Part shown: positions 11,901 through 23,100 of the stretch, in pieces | Position numbering within the stretch: the stretch's first letter is position 1 | Layout of the letters: every line of letters begins with the position of its first letter | Assembly (NCBI GenBank): GCA_043228905.1 | Contig: JBHGNT010000011.1 | Location: 15,066,001-15,130,000, forward strand | DNA from: Azolla caroliniana | Lineage: Eukaryota; Plantae; Polypodiophyta | Direction of reading: 5' to 3' | Length of the DNA: 64,000 nucleotides | Made by a program: the position numbers and the translations under genes | Notes under the pieces: generated by a model | What the model was told of the DNA's origin: nothing | What the model saw: only the letters and a program-made list of their open reading frames with translations | Databases searched by the model: none

Positions 11901-12531
11901 CTTGATGTAAATGCAAACACTTTGCCGTGTTGCTCCAACATCTCGCGAAACCGTTCTTCTTCTTTTTGTAATAGGAACCCACCTCCACCGATCCGAAGTT
12001 TCTTCCGGGTCTCATCCGTGAAGGCATGTCCGATATCCACGGACTTCCAAAGTATCGGATCTCCCAAGACTTCTTTCCTCTTTTGTTCGCTATCAGCGGG
12101 TAGTGGTCCCGCAACCGGTTTCACCTTCTTCTCCACGGTCTTGTATTTCCTCCTTACCATTGCTTCTTCTTTGCGGAGCGTATCCGGCTCCATTTTCGCA
12201 ATGATCTCGTACATCTCGACCGATTCCACCGGGACTACCCAGTTCCCTTGGCTTTTATCTTCCGCAAGCTCTTCAAGTCGTTGTAGCGTGCTCCCATAGA
12301 ACACTTCTTCGACTATCCCCACGATTTCTTCATCTTCTTTTATTATTGATGCCGACCGCAACTTATCCTCCACTTGTCGATATCCTTTCTTCAATCCTCC
12401 GGTTACGGTCGTGTACGTAGATGCCCCATCCGGACCGATTTGTACATGTTTTGCTCCGAGAGTTTTCTTCCTGTGTGGGGTATCAGAGCTTCTCGGACTA
12501 TCACTTCCCCACTCCGCAACAGTCCGCTTTA
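8899..12531 (-). pseudogene. pol (RT-RNase H-integrase) of the Ylt1-like element, with one frameshift lesion near 11280
   Basis: The RT frame is open from the slippery site at ~12532 through ORF 11000-12394. It switches frame at HIHE/EKVLRKL (~11280, apparently a 2-nt deletion) into ORF 8899-11334, which carries RNase H (VDTSPTGIG), integrase HHCC (HESDWAGH...CEKC), the DDE core and a GPY motif (WFGPYEV). No chromodomain is present. Confidence 0.9.
8942..8953 (-). other. Polypurine tract (PPT)
   Basis: Minus-strand GGAGGGGGCGAG lies immediately before TGTCGTAG of the 3' LTR. Confidence 0.85.
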
Positions 12532-14570
12532 AAAATCCATTCTCACTTGGGACAAGAGTTCCCTCTTGTTCCTTTCGTGATTTGCCGGCACCGTTAGGAA
12601 TTGGACGGATTTCCCACCGTTTTGGCTCCGAATTCGCGCAAAAGCCGCACCGCTATCGAGCACCTTCGTCTCCATCCGTGATGCCGTGATAAAGGGTTGG
12701 CCGAGGATGACGAAATGTGAAACCTCATCTTGCACGAAGAAATTTTGGTCGATCTCGACATCCCCGATCTTCACCGTCACATCCGGACAAGCCGCAAATA
12801 GATCTTCCATTGCTTTGGTGGCCGCCCGAATCTTCCATCCATGGTTGGTGTTAATAGGCCACTTCCCCTTCCGGTAGAACTCCTTGGACATCAAGTTGAT
12901 CTCCGATCCGTGATCAATCAATGCTAGCACGGTTCTTTGATGTTGCCGATTCGGACCGGAGTCTCCTTAGTCGCGCGTGCCCAATGTGGCCTTGTATAGT
13001 GGGAGTTCGGAATTTCGTCCTCCACTTCGGTGTCGTTCATTAAAACGGTGTTCGCATTCACCCTTGGAGCATTTTCCTCCATACTTTGTCTTTTTCGCTT
13101 CACGAGATCCATGAGAAGATCGTGCAACTCCTTCTTTGATATTCTAAGTAGCTCCCGAAGCGAGAAATCTACCCGGCTATCCAAGATTCTTTCCTCGAAC
13201 ACTCTTTTCAAGTCGGTTTGTTGTTCTATGTCCGAGGCGAGCTTGAATGCCGGAGTCGCCTTTTCTTTTCCCTTACCTCCGGAGTTCCAGCTTTCACGTA
13301 TCTTCGATGGCCCGGCCGCATCCTCCATGCGTCGTTGTTTCTCGTCCACGTACACCTCATGCAATTGACACAGGGCGTATACACTATTCTTGTCGATAGG
13401 GCACTCCCATCCCGTAGCTTCCCGGACGCCTTCCGCGGTGCTTCGGATCTTGTTGGAGTCGGTTTTCTCGGTGTTTTCTAGAACTTCCGACCAAAAAGAC
13501 GTCTTTGCTCTCGATGACTCCCCGACACATATTCCCGCGGTTGTCGCATAGTTGCTTCTTGCCGCCAATTCCTCCTCGAGCACCTTCTTCATGCCGCCTT
13601 TCTGGAAGTTCGGTCGGAGTGGCTTCCGAGAGTCCATCGAATGAATCCGGTTTCCCTCGTAGTAGATGAGATCCCACCGTAGCACCTCCTTATGCTCATC
13701 ACAGTCCCTCCGATCGTGTTCAGCGCTATCGCACCATATGCACCGTCGGTCCGTATACTTGGAGCTTGTGGGGCGGTCATCCGACTTCTTCACCATCGCG
13801 ATCTTCAGATTCTCCATCTCCTTCAATAGTTGCTCCACCGTAGATGCATCAATCCCCTTCTCGATTGTAGTCTCCCGAGCCCTCGGTTGATGGTCTTCCA
13901 ATCTGGTTCTCGGTTTCGGAATCGGTTCCGAAACCCTCTTTTTCTCGTTGGCAAGCCATTGCCCCCTCTTCGTGTATCGCGCGACGATATCCCGCACGCT
14001 TTCCCATGTTTCGGTGAGGCCACTTTCCGTGGTCGTGTCCTCCAAGAGCACTCTGAGATCTTTCCGGTCCCGGATGTCCACGGCTCGCAAGAACATGATC
14101 ACCTTGTCCGGTACGAGAATAGCTTGATCTCTCGCGGACAACCTCCCGAACCGGCTTTCGAATGCCGAAAACACATCAACGACCTTCAATCCCTTGTCTG
14201 GCATCTCCACCCAATCTTTGAATCCCCTTCGCGTCGCCTTGGAGGAATCCTCGATGGCGAACGTCCTCTTTAGCTCTTCTTCAAACGCCTCCCATGTCGG
14301 ATTTTGTTGTCGTGGCCCATGGATGCTTGCTTGAAGCCCGTCGGTCGTCATCCGGTTGAAGGACATCACTTGCAGTCCTTCCGATATTCCGTACCGTAGC
14401 ATCTCCACCTTGTAGTCCCGAAGATACCGCGACACGTCTTTCCCGTTGAATTGCCCGTTTCGTTGCATGAGCCGCTCCACTGATGCCGCTATCTCCGACA
14501 TCGCGCGTTGTTCTTGTAGCATGCGCTCGAACATCATCATCATGTTGCTAGCCTCCGGTTGATTTTCCAT
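12529..14570 (-). pseudogene. gag-protease ORF of the Ylt1-like element, with a 1-nt deletion at ~12930
   Basis: Gag (12924-14570) has the CCHC knuckle CIWCDSAEHDRRDC and FKLASDIEQ...SLRELL (DUF4100-like, from memory). The protease LIDHGSEINL is in 12529-12930. The junction GAA CCG|TG CTA reads KEP-VLALID if one G is restored. Confidence 0.88.
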
Positions 14571-14587
14571 CTCCTTGCCACCCGGTC

Positions 14588-14605
14588 TTCACGTCGGGTT
14601 CACCA
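14588..14605 (-). other. Primer-binding site complementary to the 3' end of tRNA-Trp
   Basis: The plus strand reads TTCACGTCGGGTTCACCA, which matches the 3' 18 nt of plant cytosolic tRNA-Trp(CCA) as I recall it. It lies 4 nt inside the 5' LTR boundary. Confidence 0.85.
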
Positions 14606-14609
14606 ACTG

Positions 14610-15307
14610 TGTCGTGCCTTTCGGCTCCGGATCGTTGCGTGAGTCGGGTGGGAACCGCCGAGGTTTTGGACTAGGAGGAAGAGGAATACAACTTAAGGCT
14701 AGTTATGAATAGTAGAAAGAGAAGTAAGATAGCAATCTCATGAATCCCACGAGTTTAGTGTATTTAAAACAATATTTAGATTATAAGAGTAATTTTGATG
14801 GCAAAATTCGTGAATCCCACGAATATATTAGATTGATCAATCCTTGTATATTAATCAACAACCTTATACATATTTCTCTCCTCCTTATATAAAGATGGAA
14901 GAGGCTAAGCATGGCTTCATGCTTTTTCACCAAAAGTTTCCATGCACACTAAATGTGCATGTGATGCATGTCATTTCCTAAGTATAGGGCTCATGCACGC
15001 TAGATGTGCATGAGTCACTTTTAATGTCACGTGTAAATAAAATATTCACACCCTAAAGAATACATTTACCTTTTAATAAAGGTATGTGTAAATAAAGGTC
15101 TTATACGTATTAAATCTATATGTATAACACAAAAGATAAGTTATTACAATGGTAAAGTTGAGGTTTATCTACGTGGAGGTGCAAGGTTTGAATCTTGCCC
15201 TATGCACGTGATAAATATTTTGATATATTATTTATTTATTTATATGTATCTAAAATCGGATATATTATTTTATGGTTTTCACGTAGTGTGTGGAATACAC
15301 TACGACA
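14610..15307 (-). repeat. 5' LTR of the Ylt1-like element (698 bp)
   Basis: Near-identical to 8244-8941. It is followed internally by the PBS and externally by the TSD ACGT. Confidence 0.97.
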
Positions 15308-15319
15308 ACGTTTGTCACC

Positions 15320-16890
15320 ATGAATAGCCAAGGTAATTCTTTGTCTAATTTGATTACCAAGATCAATCATTAAAACTTTAGCGAAAATTAAAAGAATCCA
15401 ATCTGTCTCTGCAATAACTACAACATTTAGTAGAACACGAAAATCATCTTATAATAATAGATATAGAGCTAAATCACATATTTATAGAAATGCAGAAATA
15501 TTAAGTGCTAGCAAGGTAAATTATGCTTGGAAAGCTTCAACAAAACAGTCAAATAGTGTTTCAAACATATTTGCAAATATTGTAAGAAAGAAGGGCATAC
15601 CGAAAGGGTGTTTCGATTCAAGCAAGCTACAGAAACAAAAGACAATCACAAGCAAATAATGCAACATTAGAAGAAAAATCAAACTCGAAGTCAGAAGAAT
15701 ATTCATAATTTGGAGGTACCAAAAGATGATAATATTTTGCAGGCATGCCATGTCACCACAAAAGAGACAAAAATTGAACATGGTACATGGTACCTAGATA
15801 TTGGTGCTACACATCACCTCACATATCGAAAGGACTGGTTGAATTGCTATCAGGTCATGTCCAATCCACTCTATTACTTTTGGAGACAATGGACGAAAAA
15901 CAACAATCGACAAAGGAAGTATTCAACTCAGGTAATCACGAGATTACAATCCCAAATGTCTATTATGTACCAAGACTAGCTAAGCACCTATTATCAGTTG
16001 AACAAGCAACTGTAGATGGATTAATAATACAACTATGTAAAGAGAAAGCAATTCTATTTTTGAAAGATGGAAACAAAAGTACACAGTTGGTGTGTCCTAA
16101 GGAGAAGCACTTATATCCAATGGGGAATCATCCTCCAAATGCATTTTCGACAATCCTGCAAATACAACACAAAAAAAGATCTTCACTAACTCAGTTATGG
16201 CATTGCCGGCTTGGGCATGTACACTATCAAGCACTATAACAATGTCAACAACAAAAAAGAGTTCAAGGCTTGCCATCCAAAATCTTCAATTCAGATTTCA
16301 TGTGTGAGAGCTATCTATTTGGAAAAAATGACACATCAACCATTTATAGACATCTGCACAATTACAAAGCGTCTACTTAAACTCATCCATACAGATCTAT
16401 GTGGACCATTTCCGATACCGTCCTTATAAAGTGCAAGCTATTTCATTTCTTTCATAGATCATAGTAGTAAGCTTTATTAAGCAAAAGAATCAAGCATTTT
16501 GCAAGTATAAAAAATATGCAGAAAAACAAACATCAATGGTGTGGCAAAAGAAAAAATAGAACCTTGTCTAATGCAGCTCGTTGCATGCAAAAATTTGGCC
16601 TTGTGGAGCAACACTTCTGGGAGGCAGCAATCTCCACTGCTTGTTACCTTCAAAGTAGATTTTCACACAATGCATTAGGAAATGCAATCCCTTTTACATT
16701 ATGGTATGGCTATCCACCAAATGTTCTCATCTTAGAGTATTGGGTGCAGTTGCCTATGTGTATGTTCATGAGCACCATAATTCCAAACTAGATGATCGAT
16801 ATTTCAAAGGGAGATTCATTGGATATGGTGACTCCAATAGCATGAAAACACACAAAATCTATAATTGACTGACTGGTAAGGTAGTATATA
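15320..16890 (+). mobile_element. Heavily decayed Ty1/Copia internal fragment (protease, GAG-pre-integrase, integrase)
   Basis: Recognisable motifs are WYLDIGATHHLT (protease), NVYYVPRLAKHLLSVEQ, LWHCRLGH, LIHTDLCGP and FWEAAISTACYLQSR. There are many stops and frameshifts. The boundaries are approximate. Confidence 0.85.
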
Positions 16891-19800
16891 GATTCCACAT
16901 GGGTGGACATACAAAAATTGTGATACATAACATACTTTAGGCATCAACTCACTACTGCAAACATTATTCAACAGGTTATATAGTTTAAACTAATTTGTAA
17001 GCAAGGTGGATGCCTCTAACCCCAATCCCGAAAAATAAAACAAAAAACAAAAAAATCCCTAATGGCAAATTACATAGGCCAACTATGTGACTTAATTTAT
17101 ATATTCCTCATAAAATGGAAAAATGAATTCGTAAACTTCAACATGGAGGTTGACTACAAGGTAAACTTTTGGTCAACTTTATTACCTTAGGAGAAATGTT
17201 ATTAGGTTTAAATCCAAACTTAGATATATTAAGATTGAATTTGTGTTCATTTGCATGTAACATGAGGTACAACATTGACTACATAGGTGAAATATGAAAA
17301 GAAGAAACCATTTTGGGGTTTAGTGATAGATTCCACTAAGTGAAATAAGGTTCACTCAAAGATTTCTAATTATATCTACAAAATACTATGTAATGTTATA
17401 CATATAGCTCTTTTATTATCTTTGTATGTTATATATTAGGCTTAGACAAATATTTCATTTTTTTATGTCACAAATATCAATATTCTTGATTTTATTTTGC
17501 TTAGTAAACTTCTCATCTTATAAGCAAAATTTGCTAACCTCTTTGTTAGTGTTGCATTTTTAAAGGAATGGTATTATGTTTTAAAGCCATTTTCTTAGGA
17601 GCAACTTGTTAATGTGCAACCCTAAACCCTAATGTAGAACTATTTCCATTATTTTCTTCTATTCTAATGAATTATTGTTTTTTTGAACCTTAGGTGTAAT
17701 GGTGGTTTGATTTGAAACATATTTCATTATTACAGTAAGTTGGTTTTGCATTTGTATTTTTATTGCAAACGATATAATCTAAGGAAAAGGTGCACTAGAA
17801 AGAAATGTTATATTGCCAATAGTGTGATTGATATATAGCACATATATTAATTAATAAGCTTCACATATTGAATCAATCATATATTAATCTCTTCCTCGTT
17901 GATAGGAGGAATACATTAATATACATCCAAGAATCAATTGCTAGTTGCTAAAATCTCAAAACCAAATGTTGAAGCCCTAAAAAAAAAGAAGTTGATGAAG
18001 AAGAAAACCTAAATGACCCCAAACTTGACCAATAAGCAAAATAAACCCTCTTCTCACTAAGAGAGGAAAAAAGATTCAAACTTTGCACCTTCTAAATGCA
18101 AGGAATGACTCTAACCACTAAACCATTAACATTTAATCTTGTTTATATTTATTACATTATTAATTGTTTTTGCATGGTCATGTGGTTGGGTGACCAAGGA
18201 CTCAAAGTTGGGCGACCTCTAACAACTTTTTTTCGCGCGTTCTTTCTTATCCAAATCGGATGATGTAGATTGCACGCACCATCAACTGAGAGACATGCAC
18301 CGTTTGTGGCCGTGAATCGTGATTCCCTTACCAAGTCTATTTTATGATTTAGTAGCGAATAGACATGAGCATGCATGCATGTAATCATGTGTGCATGTGT
18401 ATGTGTCACATCATACATGTGTGCATGTGTGTGGAGCATGCATATGTATGTGTCTATATGATGCCTGCCTGCCTCTAATCGATGTGGAAATCTCGTTGTT
18501 GTATGTACACGTACGTCCCTCTGATTCTTGGCCAGAAGTTCCCTCATTCCATAAACTTGCTCTTCGTCTGTCTCATCCACAAACACCCACAATCTCTCTC
18601 ATGGGTGCACCTTCATCCCATTCCAAAATCAAATATCATATTTCTTCCCAAGGTGTGTATTTCTATTGTCACTTTTTAGTCAAAAATAACAAGTGCCTTT
18701 TTCTCGGCTTTCGGGCAAAGAAGAATCTCTTTACTCTTTACTTGATGTGACCTTATTAATACATATTCAAAATGAGGTTATTGTCATATCTAGTACTGAG
18801 GAACATTAGAAAATTTGTTCTATATGCCTGCAATAAATGTCACAAAAATGCATGTGGTATTTATACATATGTACATTTAGAGATCTTGCTCTAAGAGTGC
18901 ACTAAAAGACACAAAATGCATGTGGTACTTATATGTACATTTAAGGATTTCTCTCTACAAGTACACAAAAAGTGACAATATACACATTGCCTTGATTGAC
19001 ACATATGAACTAATTGTATTCATGGCAAGGAGACCATGCCAACTTCTATACAAATGGTGTTATAACTAAATCATTGGTTCCTCTCTTTAGAAACTTATAA
19101 AGAGCCTCTCTTGGAATAATTAGTGCAGTGGCTCATTTCAAAGCATGCTTCCTTGTTAAGCAAGCATTATCTCTATATGGAGTGATGTCATGAAAATAAA
19201 TTACATAGATTATAAGTAGAAAAACATTGGAGTGTGGATCAGTTACTTTCGTATTGATATGCTTAAATGATTATAGAGAGGCGCATGAACTAGCAATACT
19301 CTCTATAAATGTCAAAGGTAGAGAGGCATGAATTTGTACTTACTCTGACCTTTGATAGCTTTACCGTCACATTATAATCTCAATTTTATTTACCCATTTT
19401 CTCTCTACTGCATTTTTCATATAAAGTGATTAATTTTCAATTTCTCTAACTTCTCTATCAATCCAAGTAGATATCATCAAGGGAGGGCCCATCCCATCTT
19501 TTAAGTAAGTGTTACTTTTTATATGCATTCTTAAACTACATCCTGTCCTAAGTACACTTACTTGTCCAGAGGAAACATGCTATTTTTATGCCTCCAACAT
19601 GGAATAAGCATGCTTGACTGTTTTTCTCAAATACGGACTATCCAGATCAATGAGCAAGCTAGTAGATATTAGAGAATCTAATAGATGAATGTCTCAGCGG
19701 GTCCATTGCAATGCTTCATTTCACTTGCCTACCGACAACCTTGTATTCAGAATAATGTAAAGGTAATGAAACTAGCATCAATTCCAGCCTCTCAAATCCT

Positions 19801-19891
19801 ATGTTGTGCTAAAACACCGTTAGAGATCTAAAAAATCCACGAGGCGATCAATCTACAACCAAGGAAGGAGCTATTCCCGGGCGGGCACCGA

Positions 19892-19913
19892 CCAATGAGA
19901 TGGTTCCACGTCA
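19892..19913 (+). promoter_or_regulatory. ERSE (CCAAT-N9-CCACG) overlapping a UPRE (CCACGTCA) upstream of ATAD3
   Basis: The sequence CCAAT GAGATGGTT CCACG TCA lies about 225-245 bp upstream of the ATAD3 ATG. The consensus match is exact; function is untested. Confidence 0.55.
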
Positions 19914-20136
19914 GCAACACCTTTTTTTCCATCTAGGTCGTGGCTTGGCTTAGGCTATAGACTATATAGTTTAGTGTGACCCCGACAACACATGGGCGAT
20001 GGTAGTTAAAAAGTAACCTAACCATGGTTACCTTAACCACGATTAGATAAACCATGGCTAGCTTAACTACGGAGAAGGGTCTGGGGTTTAGCAGAGCACA
20101 CTCTGTCTCTGTGAACAGAGCAGAGAGATCTGAGCT

Positions 20137-23100
20137 ATGGCGACGGGAAGCAGCAAAAACACCCCCGCTGCCTCTTCATTCGCCTCCGTTTCTTGCTTCC
20201 TATATGCACTATATCGCCCTGCCTACGCAGAAGCAGCGCAAAGAACGCCGAAAGAAACATCTTCTTCTTCTTCTTCTTCTTCTTCATCTGAGGATGAAGT
20301 TCATCGTCCTCGTAATGATCTCCCTCGAACCACTGCTGCAGGCTTCGACCCTGAAGCTCTGGAAAGAGGTGTAAGAGCTCTTCGAGTAATCAACAGTTCA
20401 AATCACCCCAAGAAGGTATGTCGCTGACATTTTGTACTGATATGATTAACGGTATCCGAGGGGTAATTATCCCATTAGTGTTAATGAAAAAGCTCCATTT
20501 CTAAATCCAAACATCTCTGCATCAGTATGTTGGTATCTATTTTAAGAGAAAAAGTAGAATAATACCCTTGCATGTCCCTAAGTTCTTTGTTATCGTCCCA
20601 TGTACCAGCTCTTCAACCCCTACCCTCTGTCAAGCTGTTATATGTGCTATTTGAACAATTATTTGGTCAATTCATCCTCTTTCTCTCTCCCTCTCTGTGT
20701 AGCTGACTAGCGGCCTTTGGGACAATAAAGGAAGTTTTGAGAGTGCCTGCATTATTTTTTTGTCCATTAATTAAAATGCAAATTGAGAAATAGCATACCT
20801 CAATGGTCAAATGGATCATGAGATTGCATGTGTTATGATTATGTTATCATTTGAGATTAGTTTAGGGGTCATCAGAGTTTCAGATTTCATATTTTACTCT
20901 GGGTATAAAAGATTCCTACACCCATGTGTATGTATTGAGACAAATATGTAGAGAGTCAATAATCAGAATTATAGTGTGTATATTTGAGAGCCTATAAGTA
21001 GAATTATGGTATGAATTGGCTCGCATTAGTGTTTTTTGGGGATAGTGACATAAATGCCAAATTTCGTGTTTTTTTAATATTGAAAAGCCCATCAATAGGA
21101 AGTATCTATTAATTCACTTTAGTTAGTCCACTATGTAGTATATGACAGTGTAATGCTGCAAAAATTGGACTTTATAGAAATGAAAATATAATGTCAAGAT
21201 TGCAAATTAGAAGACATGTTTCATTTTGAATGATTATTGTTTAGGAACATTAGCTTGGATTCATTTTTCATGCTTTTTTAATCTTGCCAAAAATTGCCAT
21301 TTCTCTCTAAATTTATGCATTTGCAGTAGGATGTATCTAATTCAAATGCATCATGAGAGCTATCAATAAGAATTGTAGTATGGGTGAATACTGATTGTAT
21401 TATTTTAATCAGTAAGATTCTTAGTATGTATTGATTGAAATTGCTCAGTGGAAGAAGTAAGTTTGCAAATAAGATTCTAAAAACATATAGCCAATATTAC
21501 AAATAAGAACCTACAAGTCTGGAGATCTCAATTCAAGAGATTCTTTATGTTTTTTGCTTCATTGATCTGTTGTTCTGGCCATAAACTAGAGCAAAACTCC
21601 AATATTGCATATACTTTTACATGTTCCCGTTTCTTTATGTGATTAGGTATTTGATTTCATGCGTAAAAAAGAAGAGATTCGCCAGGAAGGGGCGGTGGCC
21701 AAGAAGGCTGAATTTCAAGCTATCCAGTCCGAGCATGAAACTGTATGTATTCATTCCAACTTTATGTATGATAAAAATTCAATGATCTTTTTATGTTTAT
21801 GCCATGATTATCTCTGAATTGCAAATTTTATGTATTTCAGCCATGTATTGCAAATTCAATGCTTTTTTTTAAAGCTTATGCCAATATTATCTGCTCAGCT
21901 AAGCTTTGTTGAGGTTTATGCATGGTAATATATCAGCTTGCTTGTGCTTAACGTTATGTAGAACCTGCATTATTAATGTGTTTATTACCCATGTTTAACT
22001 AATATTGACTATATCAAGGATGAATTGGAATTTTGAGAGAGGTATTCTATACACATATTTGGTTCCTGAGAAGGAAGAAGCACTTCTTTTTCTTTCAGAG
22101 AAGTCTGGAAGTTGAAGAAATGATTAGAAAACCTAATTGTATTTTGAGAAATAAAATTTACAAGCACTTAATCCTCAGATACTAGAGAAATGGTAGTCAC
22201 GATGAGTTTTATGAAAATCTGCCTGTTTCTTGGACTGTAGCAAAGACAACAGCTTATATATGAAGAACAGAAGAAGCTTGCGCAGCAACGAGCGCAGACT
22301 AAAGCGCAGATGGTTCAATATGAGGCTGAACTGACAAGAAAGAGAATGCAGGTTATAGTTTGTTTTTAAACTTTATTCCTAATGTGTTTTGGAAACACCA
22401 AAGTTCCCTGGAGTTTTGCGTTATTTTCCCAAATTCCCTCAGTTATTTGTTGTCCTCTAATCATCATGAGGTAACCCCAGCTCGTGCTATGATATGTGCT
22501 GTTTGTGTAACTATATGGTCAATTCACCCATTTTTTCTTAATGATATTTGCTATCTGAGAAATTATAAGTCAATTAATCTCTCTTTTTCTCTCTTTTGGG
22601 GGGTTGATCAGGGGCATTTAGTGAAATAACAAAAACTTAAAATGCATTTTGCGGAAGTGAACAAAAAGCTAGAGAGTGGTATTTTGGAATATTTCCCATG
22701 GTTTTCTGATATCTGTATTGCCGAATTTGGAGGATGAAAACACAGTTGGAAAATGAAGCACAAAGATCCCGCAATTCTGAGCTCGTGATGATGCAAGAAG
22801 AGTCATCATCAAGAGAAGAGCAATTGCGACGGCAAACAGAAGATGAACTCCATGCCCAAAGGAGGCAAACAGAAAGAGAGAGAGCAGAAATAGAAAGAGA
22901 AACTATCAGGGTTAGGGTCATGGCTGAGGCAGAGGGGCGGGCTCATGAAGCTAAGCTAGCAGAAGATGTTAACAAAAGAATGCTTATAGAATGTGCCAGC
23001 CTAGAAAAAGACAAGTGGCTAGCAGCTATCAACACCACATTTGGACACATTGGTGGTAAGTTTCATACTCACCACACATATATCAATAATTCTGTATGAT

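Larger units (their letters stand above)
8244..15307 (-). mobile_element. Full-length young Ty3/Gypsy LTR retrotransposon, Ylt1-like (fungal-type) non-chromovirus
   Basis: Two 698-bp LTRs (TG...CA), a 4-bp TSD ACGT (8240-8243 / 15308-15311), a tRNA-Trp PBS and a PPT flank gag-PR-RT-RH-INT. RT motifs YSNRWFTVPKKNGSLRFIQDL, GDLYSGYDQ, LPQGATNS and FLDD resemble Ylt1-like elements (from memory). Confidence 0.95.

Noticed and set aside
11472-12299. 275-aa plus-strand ORF (and many shorter ones) antisense to Gypsy and Copia pol
   Set aside because: These are shadow ORFs of GC-rich coding sequence with no recognisable domain or ATG context.
18071-18128. tRNA-like segments considered as real tRNA genes
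   Set aside because: No acceptor or anticodon stems can be formed and the boxes are degenerate. They are reported only as tRNA-derived repeats.
20054-20374. 106-aa upstream overlapping ORF at ATAD3
   Set aside because: It is low-complexity and out of frame, and its ATG is probably upstream of the TSS. There is no evidence for a conserved uORF.
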